Notes: a model not told the origin generated them from the sequence alone. Numbered from the stretch's first letter, positions 48,521-59,604 are shown. The stretch: DNA of 64,000 bases from Candidatus Dojkabacteria bacterium (GCA_035271645.1 DATERJ010000008.1:1051-65050), one strand, 5' to 3'. Made by a program: numbers and translations.

Positions 48521-49315
48521 ATGGCAAAAGCTAAGAAAACAACAGCAAAGGCTAGTAAGAAAGCTACCCCAAAGAAGGCAGAGGTCGTAAAGGAGGTAAC
48601 AATCAATCTAGATACTTTTGCAGTTCCAATTGCAATTATTGTTGCAGGAATAATCATAGCTCTCACAATCTTTTTGACAAACAGGTCAAGTAAGAATGAT
48701 GTGTCAGGCTCTAAGGGAGCAAATCCAGCAGTAGATGATTCAGCACAAGCTCCAACAGGTGGAGATGTAACTGTTGCTTTAGGAGATGACCCCTATGTTG
48801 GAAACAAGAAGAAAGCTAAGGTTGCAGTAGTGGAATATAGTGATTATCAGTGTGGTTTCTGTAAGAGACACTCTGATCAGACATATCCAGAGCTTAAGGC
48901 AAACTATGTAGATACAGGAAAGATACTCTATGTATTTAAAGAGTATCCATTAGGAGATACAGGGTTGGGGTACGATACAGCTGTTGCAGGAACTTGTGTG
49001 TTTGATCAGTTAGGTGGAGAGAAGTTTGCAGAGTTCCACAGTGGAGCAATGGGTGCAGCATCAATTGCAGATATTAGGTCTCATGCAATTTCTCTAGGTG
49101 TTGATGGAAAGAAATATGATGACTGTGTTGCAAGTGTTAAGTTTAAGGATGATATCCAAGCTAACAAGACAGAGGGTTCTAAAGCTGGAATCAGTGGGAC
49201 ACCTGGTTTTATTGTTGGAAGGATTGATAAGGATGGTAATGTTACAGGACCACTGATTGCAGGAGCATATCCATATGATACATTTAAGAGTGCTATTGAA
49301 GAGCTCTTGAAGTAG
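48521..49315 (+). CDS. DsbA-family thiol:disulfide oxidoreductase, membrane-anchored
   Basis: CGFC active site and an N-terminal TM. Confidence 0.75.
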   Translation: MAKAKKTTAKASKKATPKKAEVVKEVTINLDTFAVPIAIIVAGIIIALTIFLTNRSSKNDVSGSKGANPAVDDSAQAPTGGDVTVALGDDPYVGNKKKAKVAVVEYSDYQCGFCKRHSDQTYPELKANYVDTGKILYVFKEYPLGDTGLGYDTAVAGTCVFDQLGGEKFAEFHSGAMGAASIADIRSHAISLGVDGKKYDDCVASVKFKDDIQANKTEGSKAGISGTPGFIVGRIDKDGNVTGPLIAGAYPYDTFKSAIEELLK

Positions 49316-49385
49316 TCTTCATTGCATATGTAAACAAAAAGGGAGGTGTATATGCCTCCCTTTTGTCCCTTAATACTCTTTCTCC

Positions 49386-50528
49386 CTATTTCTTTTCTAC
49401 CTTCTTTACTGCAAGTTTGTCCCATTTCATACGTACCATAGCTCCAAGAGCTGTACAGGTAGCAATGAAGGAATAGAGACCAGAAATGAAAGGAATAATT
49501 CCAATTATTGTATTTACACCTCCACCAACGAGTAGTGCAAGATATGGACTGTTGGTCTTACTCTTTGCAAGTCTTAAAATCTCTCTACCAATTGTTAAGT
49601 TAACCCATACTTTTCCAAATATTATTCCAAACAGGAGGAATCCAAGAAGAAGTATACCTAGAGGAATTCCAACAACAGTAATGAAGATTAAAATTAATGG
49701 AATCCAAGCTAAGAAAAGAATCCCAGCTCCAATTGCGAGACTGATTAAGAAGTCTTTGGCAGAGCCAGTAATCTTTTTTGTAATCTCCAAGCTCTTCACA
49801 GGAGCCATGAAGACTAATAGAGCACCAACTATAAACATACTTACAAATCCAATTAATGCGCTAGAGAATCTTGTCCATAATGTTCTTAACTTTGGACTCT
49901 CTTCCTCTACTTTCTTTAACTCAACACCTTGTTCTTTTGCAATAGCATTGATCTCTTTCTCAGTATATATCTTCTTTCCAATCTTCTCCTGGTTTACCTC
50001 TGATTGACCGGCATTGATAATTAACTCACCACCGATATTGGAATCAATAGTAGAAGTTCCTGCAAACACCCTAGCATCATCCCCTACGTTACCCGTAAGA
50101 ACATTCGAGTACGCGAAGACAGAAAGGTCCTGTCCTGTACTAGCAGTATTCTTGAGGGTATATGCAAATACAGTAGTGTTACCTGATACGATTCCCTTTA
50201 CATCAGTATTGTATCCAAAAAGAGTAAGATTCCCATCGATTCTTGTTTGCTCATCAATCATCACACTATTACCAAAAATCAAGGCATCTCCAGTAACAGC
50301 GGCTTTAATTGACACATTGTTACCAAAAACGATTAAATCCCCCCTTATTACTCCCTTGACATCAATTGCATCATTGAAGATATACAGGTTATCATTGATT
50401 ATCTCTTCCTCTGCAATAGTGCCTTTGTCAAATTTAAATTCTGCCGCTTGGCTTGTTCTAGGTAGCCCAACACCTAGTATTAGTAATGCTAGAATGGGTG
50501 CCAGCAAAACAGTAAGAAATTTCTTCAT
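49386..50528 (-). CDS. Secreted beta-helix (bactofilin/polymer-forming-like) repeat protein with a C-terminal polytopic membrane domain
   Basis: Signal peptide, repeated V/I-x-G-D/N beta-roll segments (VIRGDLIVFGNNVSIKAAVTGDALIFGNSV...), four C-terminal TM helices. Confidence 0.5.
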   Translation of the reverse strand: MKKFLTVLLAPILALLILGVGLPRTSQAAEFKFDKGTIAEEEIINDNLYIFNDAIDVKGVIRGDLIVFGNNVSIKAAVTGDALIFGNSVMIDEQTRIDGNLTLFGYNTDVKGIVSGNTTVFAYTLKNTASTGQDLSVFAYSNVLTGNVGDDARVFAGTSTIDSNIGGELIINAGQSEVNQEKIGKKIYTEKEINAIAKEQGVELKKVEEESPKLRTLWTRFSSALIGFVSMFIVGALLVFMAPVKSLEITKKITGSAKDFLISLAIGAGILFLAWIPLILIFITVVGIPLGILLLGFLLFGIIFGKVWVNLTIGREILRLAKSKTNSPYLALLVGGGVNTIIGIIPFISGLYSFIATCTALGAMVRMKWDKLAVKKVEKK

Positions 50529-50614
50529 ACTTTTTTAAATATTAAATAAATTAGGTATATTTAATTGTAACAGTTTTTTGTTGTTTTGATAAGTATTTGA
50601 GGTATAATTAATGA

Positions 50615-51466
50615 ATGAAAATATCAATAGTTATAGTAAACTACAATGGAAAGCACCTTTTAGAGAAGAATCTTCTCTCTGTTGTAGAGAATGGGTATGA
50701 AAATTTTGATATTGTTGTAGTAGATAATGCATCAGAGGATGGTAGTATTGAATATCTTAAAAAAAAATTTCCTTTTGTAAAGATAGTAGAGAGTAAGGAA
50801 AATCTTGGCTTTGGGAGGGGTAATAACTTGGGTGTTAAAGAAAACCCTCATTATGATGCATACCTCTTTTTGAACAATGATATCTCTGTACCAAAAAGTT
50901 TCTTAGATAATCTAGTCAAAGAACTGCAAAAAGATGGAGTAGGAGCAGTTGGTCCAAAGGTGCTGTATTCTAAAGAAAACATAGGCAGTGAAAAGAGAGT
51001 AATTAACTCTGCAGGGATAGAAGTAGATAGTCACTACATGGCATATGATAGATACGACAAAGAAGAAGACAATCCTAAATACAATGTGATAGAAGAGGTT
51101 GATGCTCTCATGGGAGGAGCATTCTTAGTCAAAAAGGAGGTCTTTGAAAAAGTAGGAGGCTTTAATCCAAATATGTTTTTGTATTACGAGGACATAGACC
51201 TTTCACTTAGAATCAGAGACTTAGGTTACAAACTATATTATGTTGGAACATCAGAGGTATATCATGACCATATGGCATCTTCTAAGAGTTTAGGTACAAG
51301 AAAAAGAAATATTATGAATATGCAAAACAGATTTAGAAGTATCCAAAGTAGAAAAGGATTGTGGGTAGCAATATGGGAGACAATCTGGTATCTTTTAAAC
51401 TGGTTAATATGGAAAATGATATACTCTAGGAGAATTACTTTAAAAGAATTTTTAAAGGAGAAGTAA
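50615..51466 (+). CDS. Glycosyltransferase family 2
   Basis: ISIVIVNYNG...VVDNASEDGS GT-A N-terminus and DXD region. Confidence 0.8.
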   Translation: MKISIVIVNYNGKHLLEKNLLSVVENGYENFDIVVVDNASEDGSIEYLKKKFPFVKIVESKENLGFGRGNNLGVKENPHYDAYLFLNNDISVPKSFLDNLVKELQKDGVGAVGPKVLYSKENIGSEKRVINSAGIEVDSHYMAYDRYDKEEDNPKYNVIEEVDALMGGAFLVKKEVFEKVGGFNPNMFLYYEDIDLSLRIRDLGYKLYYVGTSEVYHDHMASSKSLGTRKRNIMNMQNRFRSIQSRKGLWVAIWETIWYLLNWLIWKMIYSRRITLKEFLKEK

Positions 51467-52239
51467 TGAACAAAAATGATATAGATCTCTACAAACAATT
51501 TGTGAAAACAACTTTTAAGATGAGATACAAAGGCTCAATCTTGGGTTTTCTTTGGGTTCTTCTTAAACCTTTCTTCATGTTCCTTATTCTATTCATGATT
51601 TTCTCGCATATGTCATCAGCATCTGCAGGTCTTACATCTCAACAATATGCTGTCTATCTTCTTTCTGGATTAATTGTATATACATTTTTTAATGAAGGTA
51701 TGATTTGGGGTATGGGTTCAATCATGGAGAGGGCGGAATTAATTGTAAAAATCAATTTTAAAAGAGATGTTGTAGTTGCTAGTTCTCTAAGTATGGCACT
51801 GATTAACTTCTCAATTAACCTTTTAATTGTACTAGCGGTAGCTTTGATATTAAAGATAAATATAACTCTAATGGGTCTTGCATATATTCTCTTCATTGGT
51901 CTTACTATGTTCCTCTCTCTTTACGGTATCTCTTTCTTTACAAGTATCTGGTTAGTTCATGTAAGAGACTTACAGCATATCATGGAGTTAGTCTTACAAC
52001 TTCTCTTCTATGCTAGTGCAGTATTCTTTCCAGTTGAGATGATTCCAGAGAACTACAGATTCATTGTTTACTACAATCCTGTTGCAAGATTTGTTAAAGC
52101 GGTTAGAGAAGCTTTAATATTTGGAGAGATTACAGATTTGAAATTTGTTCTTCTCGCTTTAGCTTCTTCTATAGTTTTAGTTATTGTAGGGAGGTTGTAT
52201 TTTAATAAACATATTAAAAAAGTAGCTGAGCATTTTTAA
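51466..52239 (+). CDS. ABC-2 type polysaccharide/teichoic-acid export permease (Wzm/TagG-like)
   Basis: 6-TM permease immediately upstream of the Wzt-like ATPase. Confidence 0.75.
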   Translation: MNKNDIDLYKQFVKTTFKMRYKGSILGFLWVLLKPFFMFLILFMIFSHMSSASAGLTSQQYAVYLLSGLIVYTFFNEGMIWGMGSIMERAELIVKINFKRDVVVASSLSMALINFSINLLIVLAVALILKINITLMGLAYILFIGLTMFLSLYGISFFTSIWLVHVRDLQHIMELVLQLLFYASAVFFPVEMIPENYRFIVYYNPVARFVKAVREALIFGEITDLKFVLLALASSIVLVIVGRLYFNKHIKKVAEHF

Positions 52240-52243
52240 AGAT

Positions 52244-52978
52244 ATGGAAGATAATATAGCAATTAAAGTAGAAAATTTAACAAAGAAATTTAGGATACCT
52301 GAGCATGGTTCTCCTACGACTTTGCAGGAAAGATTTGTAAATCCTTTTGCAAAGAAAAAGATGATTGACTTTGTAGCTCTTAAAGACCTCTCTTTTGATG
52401 TTAAGAAGGGAGAGTTCTTTAGTGTAATTGGTCCTAATGGTGCTGGTAAATCTACACTACTAAAACTAATTTCAGGTATTTACATTCCTGATGGTGGTAC
52501 AATTGATGTTAATGGTAAGCTTGTTCCTTTCTTAGAACTAGGTGTTGGCTTTAATCCAGATCTTAGTGCAAGGGAGAATGTATATCTTAATGGTACAATT
52601 CTTGGTCTTACTGAGAAAGAAATAGATGAGAGTGTAGATGATATTTTTGATTTTGCAGAACTTAAGGAGTTTGAAGACCTTTCCATTAAGAAATTCTCAT
52701 CTGGTATGCAGGTTAGATTAGCTTTCTCTATTGCAATTAGAGTTAAATCAGATATTTTAGTTCTTGATGAAGTACTAGCAGTAGGTGATGGAGAGTTTCA
52801 GAAGAAATGTTTTGCATATTTTGATGATATTGTTGGTAAGAAGACAATATTGTTTGTATCTCATGGGTTAGAGAGTGTAAGAAGATATTCCGATAGAGTG
52901 CTTTGGTTAAAGGAAGACAAGACATATGAGATAGGGGAGCCTAATGATATTGTTGATAGGTATAGTGCTACATTTTAG
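52244..52978 (+). CDS. ABC transporter ATP-binding protein (Wzt/TagH-like)
   Basis: Walker A GPNGAGKST, signature FSSGMQVR, Walker B LVLDE. Confidence 0.85.
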   Translation: MEDNIAIKVENLTKKFRIPEHGSPTTLQERFVNPFAKKKMIDFVALKDLSFDVKKGEFFSVIGPNGAGKSTLLKLISGIYIPDGGTIDVNGKLVPFLELGVGFNPDLSARENVYLNGTILGLTEKEIDESVDDIFDFAELKEFEDLSIKKFSSGMQVRLAFSIAIRVKSDILVLDEVLAVGDGEFQKKCFAYFDDIVGKKTILFVSHGLESVRRYSDRVLWLKEDKTYEIGEPNDIVDRYSATF

Positions 52979-53002
52979 CAACTTAAGTTACTACTAGAAT
53001 AT

Positions 53003-54880
53003 ATGAGGATAATTGAACTTTTTCAAAGGATAGTTAGTAGAATACCAATATATTTCAAACAACTAATTACCTCTTTTAGAAAACATGGTATCTTAAATAC
53101 CTTCAAGAGAATATTAAAAAAGATTTGGAGATTTGTAATAACTGGTGGAGATGGTTCTAAGTTAATGAGAATATCATATGGGGAATGGATGGAGAATGTA
53201 GAGAGTAAGTATCTCAACGAAGAATCAATGGAGAGTGATTTGAAGAAACTTAAGATTAATCCTAAGTTTTCAATAGTATTTCCTGTGTGGAATAAGTCTG
53301 AAGAGATGTTACAAGCTGCTTTGGATTCAATTACTTCACAGGTATATGAGAATTGGGAGATATGTATATCTGATGGTTCTAGTAAGAATGTTAAAGAGAC
53401 AAGAGAATTTCTTAAGAACTTTGCTAAGAAGTATGGTAAGAAGGTTAAGTTTTCTACGATTGATGTTGAAGGGATTAATATCATTGAGAATAGTAATAAT
53501 GCATTGAGTTTGGCAACTGGAGAGTATGTTGTTTTTATGGATTGTGATGATGAGATATCTAAGAATTGTTTGTTGGAGTTAGCTAAGGGTATTGAAAAAC
53601 ATCCTGAAGTAGAATTCATGTATAGTGATTTTGATAAGATTGATGAAAACGGTAAAAGGTTTGATCCTTCTTTTTGGCCTGATTGGTCTCCCCACACACT
53701 TACAGCACAGATGTATACAACTCATGTTACTTGTTACCGTAGGGATGTAGTAGAGGGGTTAGGAGGACTTGTTAAGAGTACTGAGGGTGCGCAGGATTGG
53801 GATTTAGTAATGAGATATCTTACAAGAGGGAATTGGAAGGTTTTACATATTCCTAAGATACTCTACCATTGGAGGGTATATCCAGGTTCTACTGCCCTAG
53901 CAGGTAGTGGTGCTAAGAGTTGGGCATACGAGAATCAGAGAGCAGTACTAGAGAGATATCTTGAGAGGAGAAAATTAAAGGGAGAGGTGCTAGAAGGTCC
54001 TTTTGAAGGAGCTTGGAGAGTTAAGTTTGACATTATCGGTAATCCTAAAGTTAGTATTGTGATACCGACTAAGGACAAGGTGGATTACTTAGAAAGAGTA
54101 ATTGATAGTATTTGGGAACATACGAAATATAAAAATTATGAAATAGTTATAGTGGATAACAGGAGTGAAGAGGAAGAAACAAAGGAGTATTTTGAAGAGA
54201 TTAAAGAGAAAGGTGTTAAGGTTTTGAAATATGATAAACCATTTCATTTTGGTAAGTTGTATAACTGGGCAGCTACTAAGGTTGATGGGGAATATATGTT
54301 GGTACTTAATAACGATATTAAGGTTCTCAATGATGGTTGGTTAGAGAGTATGTTAGAGTGGGCTCAACTGCCAGAGGTTGGTAGTGTAGGAGCTAAGCTT
54401 TACTATCCTGATGGTAAGATCCAACATGCAGGAGTAATTGTTGGTGCTGGAGGAGCAGCTGCACACTCTCATAGGTTGTTAGATGGAGATGTATTTGGTT
54501 ATGAGGGTTGTGTTGTTAATGTCAGAAACTATTTAGCAGTTACAGGAGCTTGTATGATGGTAAGCCGAAAGCTCTTTTTAGATATGGGAGGTTTTGATGA
54601 ACAGTTTGATCCTGCGTATCAAGATGTTGATTTTGGAATTAGGTTGTATGATGAGAAAGGTTTGTTCAATGTATATACCCCTTATACAGAACTCATACAT
54701 TATGAATCTGTGACTAGGTTTGATAGTAAGAACAAAGAAAAATTAGAGAAGGATACAGTTAATGCAGAGAAATTAAGAAAGAAATGGCCACAATATATTG
54801 AATATATGGGAGGTAGGGACCCTTTCTACAATGACAACCTATCCTACGCCCATGAAGATTTTAGGATAAGAAGAGAGTAG
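53003..54880 (+). CDS. Two-domain glycosyltransferase (tandem GT2 modules)
   Basis: Two GT-A N-terminal signatures: FSIVFPVWNKSE...ICISDG and VSIVIPTKDKVDYL...IVIVDNRS. Confidence 0.8.
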   Translation: MRIIELFQRIVSRIPIYFKQLITSFRKHGILNTFKRILKKIWRFVITGGDGSKLMRISYGEWMENVESKYLNEESMESDLKKLKINPKFSIVFPVWNKSEEMLQAALDSITSQVYENWEICISDGSSKNVKETREFLKNFAKKYGKKVKFSTIDVEGINIIENSNNALSLATGEYVVFMDCDDEISKNCLLELAKGIEKHPEVEFMYSDFDKIDENGKRFDPSFWPDWSPHTLTAQMYTTHVTCYRRDVVEGLGGLVKSTEGAQDWDLVMRYLTRGNWKVLHIPKILYHWRVYPGSTALAGSGAKSWAYENQRAVLERYLERRKLKGEVLEGPFEGAWRVKFDIIGNPKVSIVIPTKDKVDYLERVIDSIWEHTKYKNYEIVIVDNRSEEEETKEYFEEIKEKGVKVLKYDKPFHFGKLYNWAATKVDGEYMLVLNNDIKVLNDGWLESMLEWAQLPEVGSVGAKLYYPDGKIQHAGVIVGAGGAAAHSHRLLDGDVFGYEGCVVNVRNYLAVTGACMMVSRKLFLDMGGFDEQFDPAYQDVDFGIRLYDEKGLFNVYTPYTELIHYESVTRFDSKNKEKLEKDTVNAEKLRKKWPQYIEYMGGRDPFYNDNLSYAHEDFRIRRE

Positions 54881-54882
54881 CT

Positions 54883-56229
54883 ATGAAAAAAAAGAAAAGA
54901 AAAATAAACTGGAAGAAAATAAACAAGATAATACTTACAGTACAGTTAGTTATATTTTTTGTTTTTGGTCTCTTTCTTGCACTAAATATTAGAACAAATA
55001 TTGGTCCTGATGAACCTCACCACTTCTATGTAGCACAAGCATATTCTAAAGTTTGGGGAGTACCTGAAAATACACCTGAGACATACCAGTGGGGAGATAT
55101 TACATCTGCAAACTTTCTAGCACATTGGATAAATGGGAGATTGTTGAATATGAATTTCCTGAAGGTTGATGAGATACATCTTCTTAAAATATTTAACTTA
55201 TTAACTTCTGTAGGTACACTATTTCTGTTTTACAAACTAGCAGGATATGTAATTAAGGAGGAGAAGTATCGTACAATCCCTGTCATCCTTCTAGCAAACA
55301 CCCTTATGTTCCAATTCCTCTCTGGAATGATTAACTATGATAATCTCACCAACTTTTTTGCAGTACTTTCAATTATCTACTTTGTGAAGATATTTAAAGA
55401 ACCCAAAGAGATAAAGAACTACGCGTTATGGGCAATCTTTACTTGTTTAGGTGTTCTTACAAAATATACAAATTTTCCACTTGCTCTAGTAGAATTCATC
55501 TTAATTATCAGTATCCTCATCAAAGAAAAAGTGAAGTTTAATATCAAGGAGAAGAAGTTTTGGTTGTATCTACTTCTTGTTTTAATCTTTCTTCTACCAG
55601 TAGTTCTCTTGTATGGGAAGAATGTTGTTACATACAAACATATTTTTCCTCGTTGTGAAGAAGTTATGACAGTTGAGCAATGTATGAACAGTGGTGTTTT
55701 TAGAAGGGACTATGGACAATCAGCAGGGATAAAGTTGTTAAGTAAAGAGGGGATAGGAATGGTCTTCTCGAGAAGGTGGAATCCTGTTAAATACTTCTTA
55801 AAATGGTCATGGGAGATGAATCATAGAATCTATGGCATTATGGCTCACAAAGATATGTTTATGCCACACAATCTTCATCTTACCTTTGCAATATATCCAA
55901 TATCATTTGTGTTTCTTTTTCTCAAAGATCTAAAGAAAAAAGAGAAGTTAGATATCTACCTACTAATAGTTCTTCTCTTCTATACCTTCGTTCTAGCATT
56001 TGTACAAAACTATCCAACATATCTAAATAGAGATGGTGTAATATTTGCTCTTCAAGGAAGATATATCTTTCCTGCTATATTCATCTACTATACTCTTCTA
56101 GTGAAATATATTGGAGAAATTAAGAATAAATATGTGAGAATATTGTTCTTTGTAATACTCATAACAATGTTTCTTCTCTCTTGTATTCCATTCTTCCTCT
56201 TGAGTGTTACACCTGATTGGTTTGTTTAA
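54883..56229 (+). CDS. Polytopic membrane protein, GT-C/ArnT-PMT-like
   Basis: More than 10 TM helices in the same operon as the GTs. The fold call is tentative. Confidence 0.5.
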   Translation: MKKKKRKINWKKINKIILTVQLVIFFVFGLFLALNIRTNIGPDEPHHFYVAQAYSKVWGVPENTPETYQWGDITSANFLAHWINGRLLNMNFLKVDEIHLLKIFNLLTSVGTLFLFYKLAGYVIKEEKYRTIPVILLANTLMFQFLSGMINYDNLTNFFAVLSIIYFVKIFKEPKEIKNYALWAIFTCLGVLTKYTNFPLALVEFILIISILIKEKVKFNIKEKKFWLYLLLVLIFLLPVVLLYGKNVVTYKHIFPRCEEVMTVEQCMNSGVFRRDYGQSAGIKLLSKEGIGMVFSRRWNPVKYFLKWSWEMNHRIYGIMAHKDMFMPHNLHLTFAIYPISFVFLFLKDLKKKEKLDIYLLIVLLFYTFVLAFVQNYPTYLNRDGVIFALQGRYIFPAIFIYYTLLVKYIGEIKNKYVRILFFVILITMFLLSCIPFFLLSVTPDWFV

Positions 56230-56277
56230 TATGTATCTTTGGAATATAATAGCTTAGTTATTTTACAAAAAACACAT

Positions 56278-57552
56278 ATGAAAAAAGTATCAATAGTAGG
56301 ACTTGGTTATGTTGGATTACCATTAGCTCTTGCAATAGAGAGGAGTAAGAAGTATGAAGTGGTAGGTTTTGATATTAGTAAAGATCAAGTTAAGAAAATA
56401 CTCTCAAAGGAGTGTCCCATTACAGATGAGCTAGCAGAGAGAGACCTTAATGAATTAGATCTTCACGCAACAACAGATAGTGATGAGTTAAAGGATACGG
56501 ATATCTTCATCATATGTGTACCTACACCTGTTCTTGATGACTATACTCCAGACTACACACCTGTAATTAGTGCAGGTAAAACAATATCTAAGTACTTAAA
56601 GAAAGGTGCTACTGTTGTTTTAGAATCAACAGTTAATCCAGGTACATGTGAAGAAATTTTAGTTCCTGTTTTGGAGGAAGGTAGTAAGTTAGTTGCAGGT
56701 AAAGATTTCAATGTAGCTATGTGTCCTGAGAGAATTAATCCTGGTGACCCTAAGTGGAATGTTTACAATATTCCTAGAAATATTGGTAGTCTAATGAAAG
56801 AGAAAACAAAAGAGATTGCTGATTTCTATAGAAGTTTCTTAGATGCAGAGATTAATGAAGTATCTACTATCAAGGTTGCTGAATCTACAAAAATAGTTGA
56901 GAATGCATTTAGAGATATTAATATTGCATATGTTAATGAGCTTGCTAAATCTTTTGATGCAATGGATATTGATTTAATTGAGACGTTGAAGGGTGCTTCT
57001 ACCAAACCTTTCTCTTTCATGGTACATTGGCCAAGTAGGGGAGTTGGGGGACATTGTATTGCAGTTGATCCATATTACTTAATCAAAAGGGCACAGGAAG
57101 CAGGTTTTGATCACAGATTCTTGAAGATAGCTAGGGATATTAACAACAGTATGCCAGAGTATACAGTATCTAGATTGCAAGAAGGGCTTAATGAGATAGA
57201 GAAGTCAGTAAAGGGTACTAAGGTTGGATTACTAGGTTTAAGTTACAAATCTAATGTAGCAGACCTTAGAGAGAGTCCTAGTTTAGAGATATTGGATATA
57301 TTAAAGAAGATGGGTGCAGATGTCATATCATATGACCCTCATACATTAGATATCTCTGATGTAAAAGAATTAGATGATGTACTGGAGAAAGTTGATGCCG
57401 TTATACTAGGTACATATCATGATGCCTTTGGTGATTTAACGGAAGAAATACTAAAGAGGAAGAATATCAAGGTAGTAGTAGATGGGGTGAATAAGTTGGA
57501 TAAGGAGAGGTTGGTAAAAGGTAAAGTGATATACAGAGGTATTGGGAGATAA
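56278..57552 (+). CDS. Nucleotide-sugar 6-dehydrogenase (UDP-ManNAc/UDP-Glc dehydrogenase family)
   Basis: Rossmann N-terminus KVSIVGLGYVGLPLALA and catalytic Cys region GGHCI. Start set at the ATG at 56278 (the track ORF begins at a TTG at 56239). Confidence 0.85.
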   Translation: MKKVSIVGLGYVGLPLALAIERSKKYEVVGFDISKDQVKKILSKECPITDELAERDLNELDLHATTDSDELKDTDIFIICVPTPVLDDYTPDYTPVISAGKTISKYLKKGATVVLESTVNPGTCEEILVPVLEEGSKLVAGKDFNVAMCPERINPGDPKWNVYNIPRNIGSLMKEKTKEIADFYRSFLDAEINEVSTIKVAESTKIVENAFRDINIAYVNELAKSFDAMDIDLIETLKGASTKPFSFMVHWPSRGVGGHCIAVDPYYLIKRAQEAGFDHRFLKIARDINNSMPEYTVSRLQEGLNEIEKSVKGTKVGLLGLSYKSNVADLRESPSLEILDILKKMGADVISYDPHTLDISDVKELDDVLEKVDAVILGTYHDAFGDLTEEILKRKNIKVVVDGVNKLDKERLVKGKVIYRGIGR

Positions 57553-57572
57553 TCTAAAAAGAACATAATACT

Positions 57573-58523
57573 ATGAAACTACTAATATACATGCCTGCCC
57601 TTAATGAAGAGAAAGGATTAGGTGGAGTAATCAAAGACCTACCTAAGAAGATAGATGGTATCGATGAGATAAAGACATTGGTTGTAGATGATGGGAGTAC
57701 GGATAGGACAGTTGAAATTGCAAGAGAAAATGGTGCAGATGTAATTAGTCATGGTACAAACAAGGGAGTAGGTAGTGCATTTCATAGTGCAGTAGAGTAT
57801 GCGTTGGATAATAGGGTGGATATCTTAGTGAGTATAGATGCTGATAGACAATTTAATAGTAAACAGATACCAGAGATAATTCAACCGGTATTAAAAAATG
57901 AGGCTGATATGGTTACAGGTGATAGATTCCATAGTGGTATTCCAGAGAATATGTCTAAGACAAAGTACTGGGGAAACAAACAGATGTCTAGGTTAATATC
58001 TTTAATTAGTGGGAAGAAGTTTAGGGATGTATCGTGTGGTTTTAGGGCATACAGTAGAGAAGCGCTGTTGAAGCTTAATCTGCTAGGTTCTTTTACATAT
58101 ACACAGGAGACTATTATGGATATGGTATTTAAAGAGATGAGGGTTGTTGAATATCCAGTAGATATTAAATATTTTAAGGAGAGGAAATCTAGGGTAGCAA
58201 ACAGTATTCTAAACTATATGTTTAGAACACTTAAGATTATTATTAGAACTCTTAGAGACTACAAACCCATGTTGTTCTTCGGCGGTATGGGGGGAATTAT
58301 GTTGTTATTGGGGTTGGGCTTAGAAATATTTCTCTTTGTACACTACTTTACTAAAGGTATGTTTTCTCCGTATAAGTCTGTTGGATTTATAGGGTTGGGT
58401 TTTTTGGTTTTCGGTTTACTTGTTTTTATAGTTGGCTTATTGGCAGATATGTTTAATAGGGTTAGGGTTAATCAAGAGAAAATACTATATGAATTAAAGA
58501 AGAGTAAGTATGAAGAAAGATAA
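57573..58523 (+). CDS. Polyprenyl-phosphate glycosyltransferase (GT2, GtrB/ArnC-like) with C-terminal TM helices
   Basis: GT2 core (VVDDGSTD, DADRQ) plus two C-terminal TMs. Confidence 0.8.
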   Translation: MKLLIYMPALNEEKGLGGVIKDLPKKIDGIDEIKTLVVDDGSTDRTVEIARENGADVISHGTNKGVGSAFHSAVEYALDNRVDILVSIDADRQFNSKQIPEIIQPVLKNEADMVTGDRFHSGIPENMSKTKYWGNKQMSRLISLISGKKFRDVSCGFRAYSREALLKLNLLGSFTYTQETIMDMVFKEMRVVEYPVDIKYFKERKSRVANSILNYMFRTLKIIIRTLRDYKPMLFFGGMGGIMLLLGLGLEIFLFVHYFTKGMFSPYKSVGFIGLGFLVFGLLVFIVGLLADMFNRVRVNQEKILYELKKSKYEER

Positions 58524-59604
58524 AAAGATATATATTATTCTTGGTACTAGAGCTCAATTTATTAAAATGGCTCCTATTATGGCCGAGATGAAGGAGAGAA
58601 ATCTTCCTTACACTTTAATATATACAGCCCAGCACAGAGAGAATGTTCAAGAGATTTTAGATGTATATGGTCTTAGAAAACCGGATTTAAATATATATGA
58701 AGGGGAGGAGTCTAATACCATGTCTAAAGGTTTTAAATGGATGATTGATATGCTGTTTAAAGCCTTGTTTAAAGCTAAGAAATATTTACCAGAGAAGGGG
58801 ATTGTACTAACACATGGTGATACTTTTACAGCTTGGTTGGCAGCTTTAATGGGGAAAAGAGCTGGGTGTAGGGTAGGGCATGTGGAGTCAGGTCTGAGAT
58901 CTTTTAATATCTTTAGTCCTTTCCCTGAGGAAATTTCTAGGTTGATAACATTTAGATTTTCAGACATATATTTCTGTGCAGATGAGTGGTCTATGAATAA
59001 TCTTAGAAAGTATAAGGGAGAGAAAATAGATATTGGAGCTAATACGATGTTAGATGGTGTTAAATTTGCCGTAGATAGTAGAGCAAAAAAGAAGTTTGAT
59101 TTTCAGCAAGAACCTTATGTGCTTGTTTCAATACATAGGTATGAGAATATATTCAAAGATAGGTTTACAGATACAATTATTCCATATCTTAAAGATATTT
59201 CTAAAAAACATAGGTTGGTTGTGACGTTACATCCAACGACTAGGGAGAGATTAAAGAAATTAAATCTCTATGATGAATTGAATAATGAGGAACGTATTAT
59301 ATTACACAAAAGGTTTGATTTTGTAGATTGGATTAATGTTTGTAATGATGCTGAATTTGTAATATCTGATGGTGGTAGTAATCAAGAGGAGCTTAGTTAC
59401 CTTGGTGTTCCGACATTGTTGTTTAGAGATCACACGGAGAGAAAAGAAGGTTTAGGTGAGAATGTAGTTTTATCTATGTTTGATAAGAACTTAATAGATG
59501 ATTTTGTAGATAATTATAAAGATTATAAAAGAGAACCTCTTTTTAGTAAGATACATCCTAGTGCTAAGATAGTTGATTATTTACTTAGTGCAAGTGATAA
59601 GTAG
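58510..59604 (+). CDS. UDP-N-acetylglucosamine 2-epimerase (non-hydrolysing, WecB/MnaA-like)
   Basis: N-terminal IYIILGTRAQFIKMAP and epimerase-like length. Sits next to the ManNAc dehydrogenase. Confidence 0.75.
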   Translation: MKKDKKIYIILGTRAQFIKMAPIMAEMKERNLPYTLIYTAQHRENVQEILDVYGLRKPDLNIYEGEESNTMSKGFKWMIDMLFKALFKAKKYLPEKGIVLTHGDTFTAWLAALMGKRAGCRVGHVESGLRSFNIFSPFPEEISRLITFRFSDIYFCADEWSMNNLRKYKGEKIDIGANTMLDGVKFAVDSRAKKKFDFQQEPYVLVSIHRYENIFKDRFTDTIIPYLKDISKKHRLVVTLHPTTRERLKKLNLYDELNNEERIILHKRFDFVDWINVCNDAEFVISDGGSNQEELSYLGVPTLLFRDHTERKEGLGENVVLSMFDKNLIDDFVDNYKDYKREPLFSKIHPSAKIVDYLLSASDK

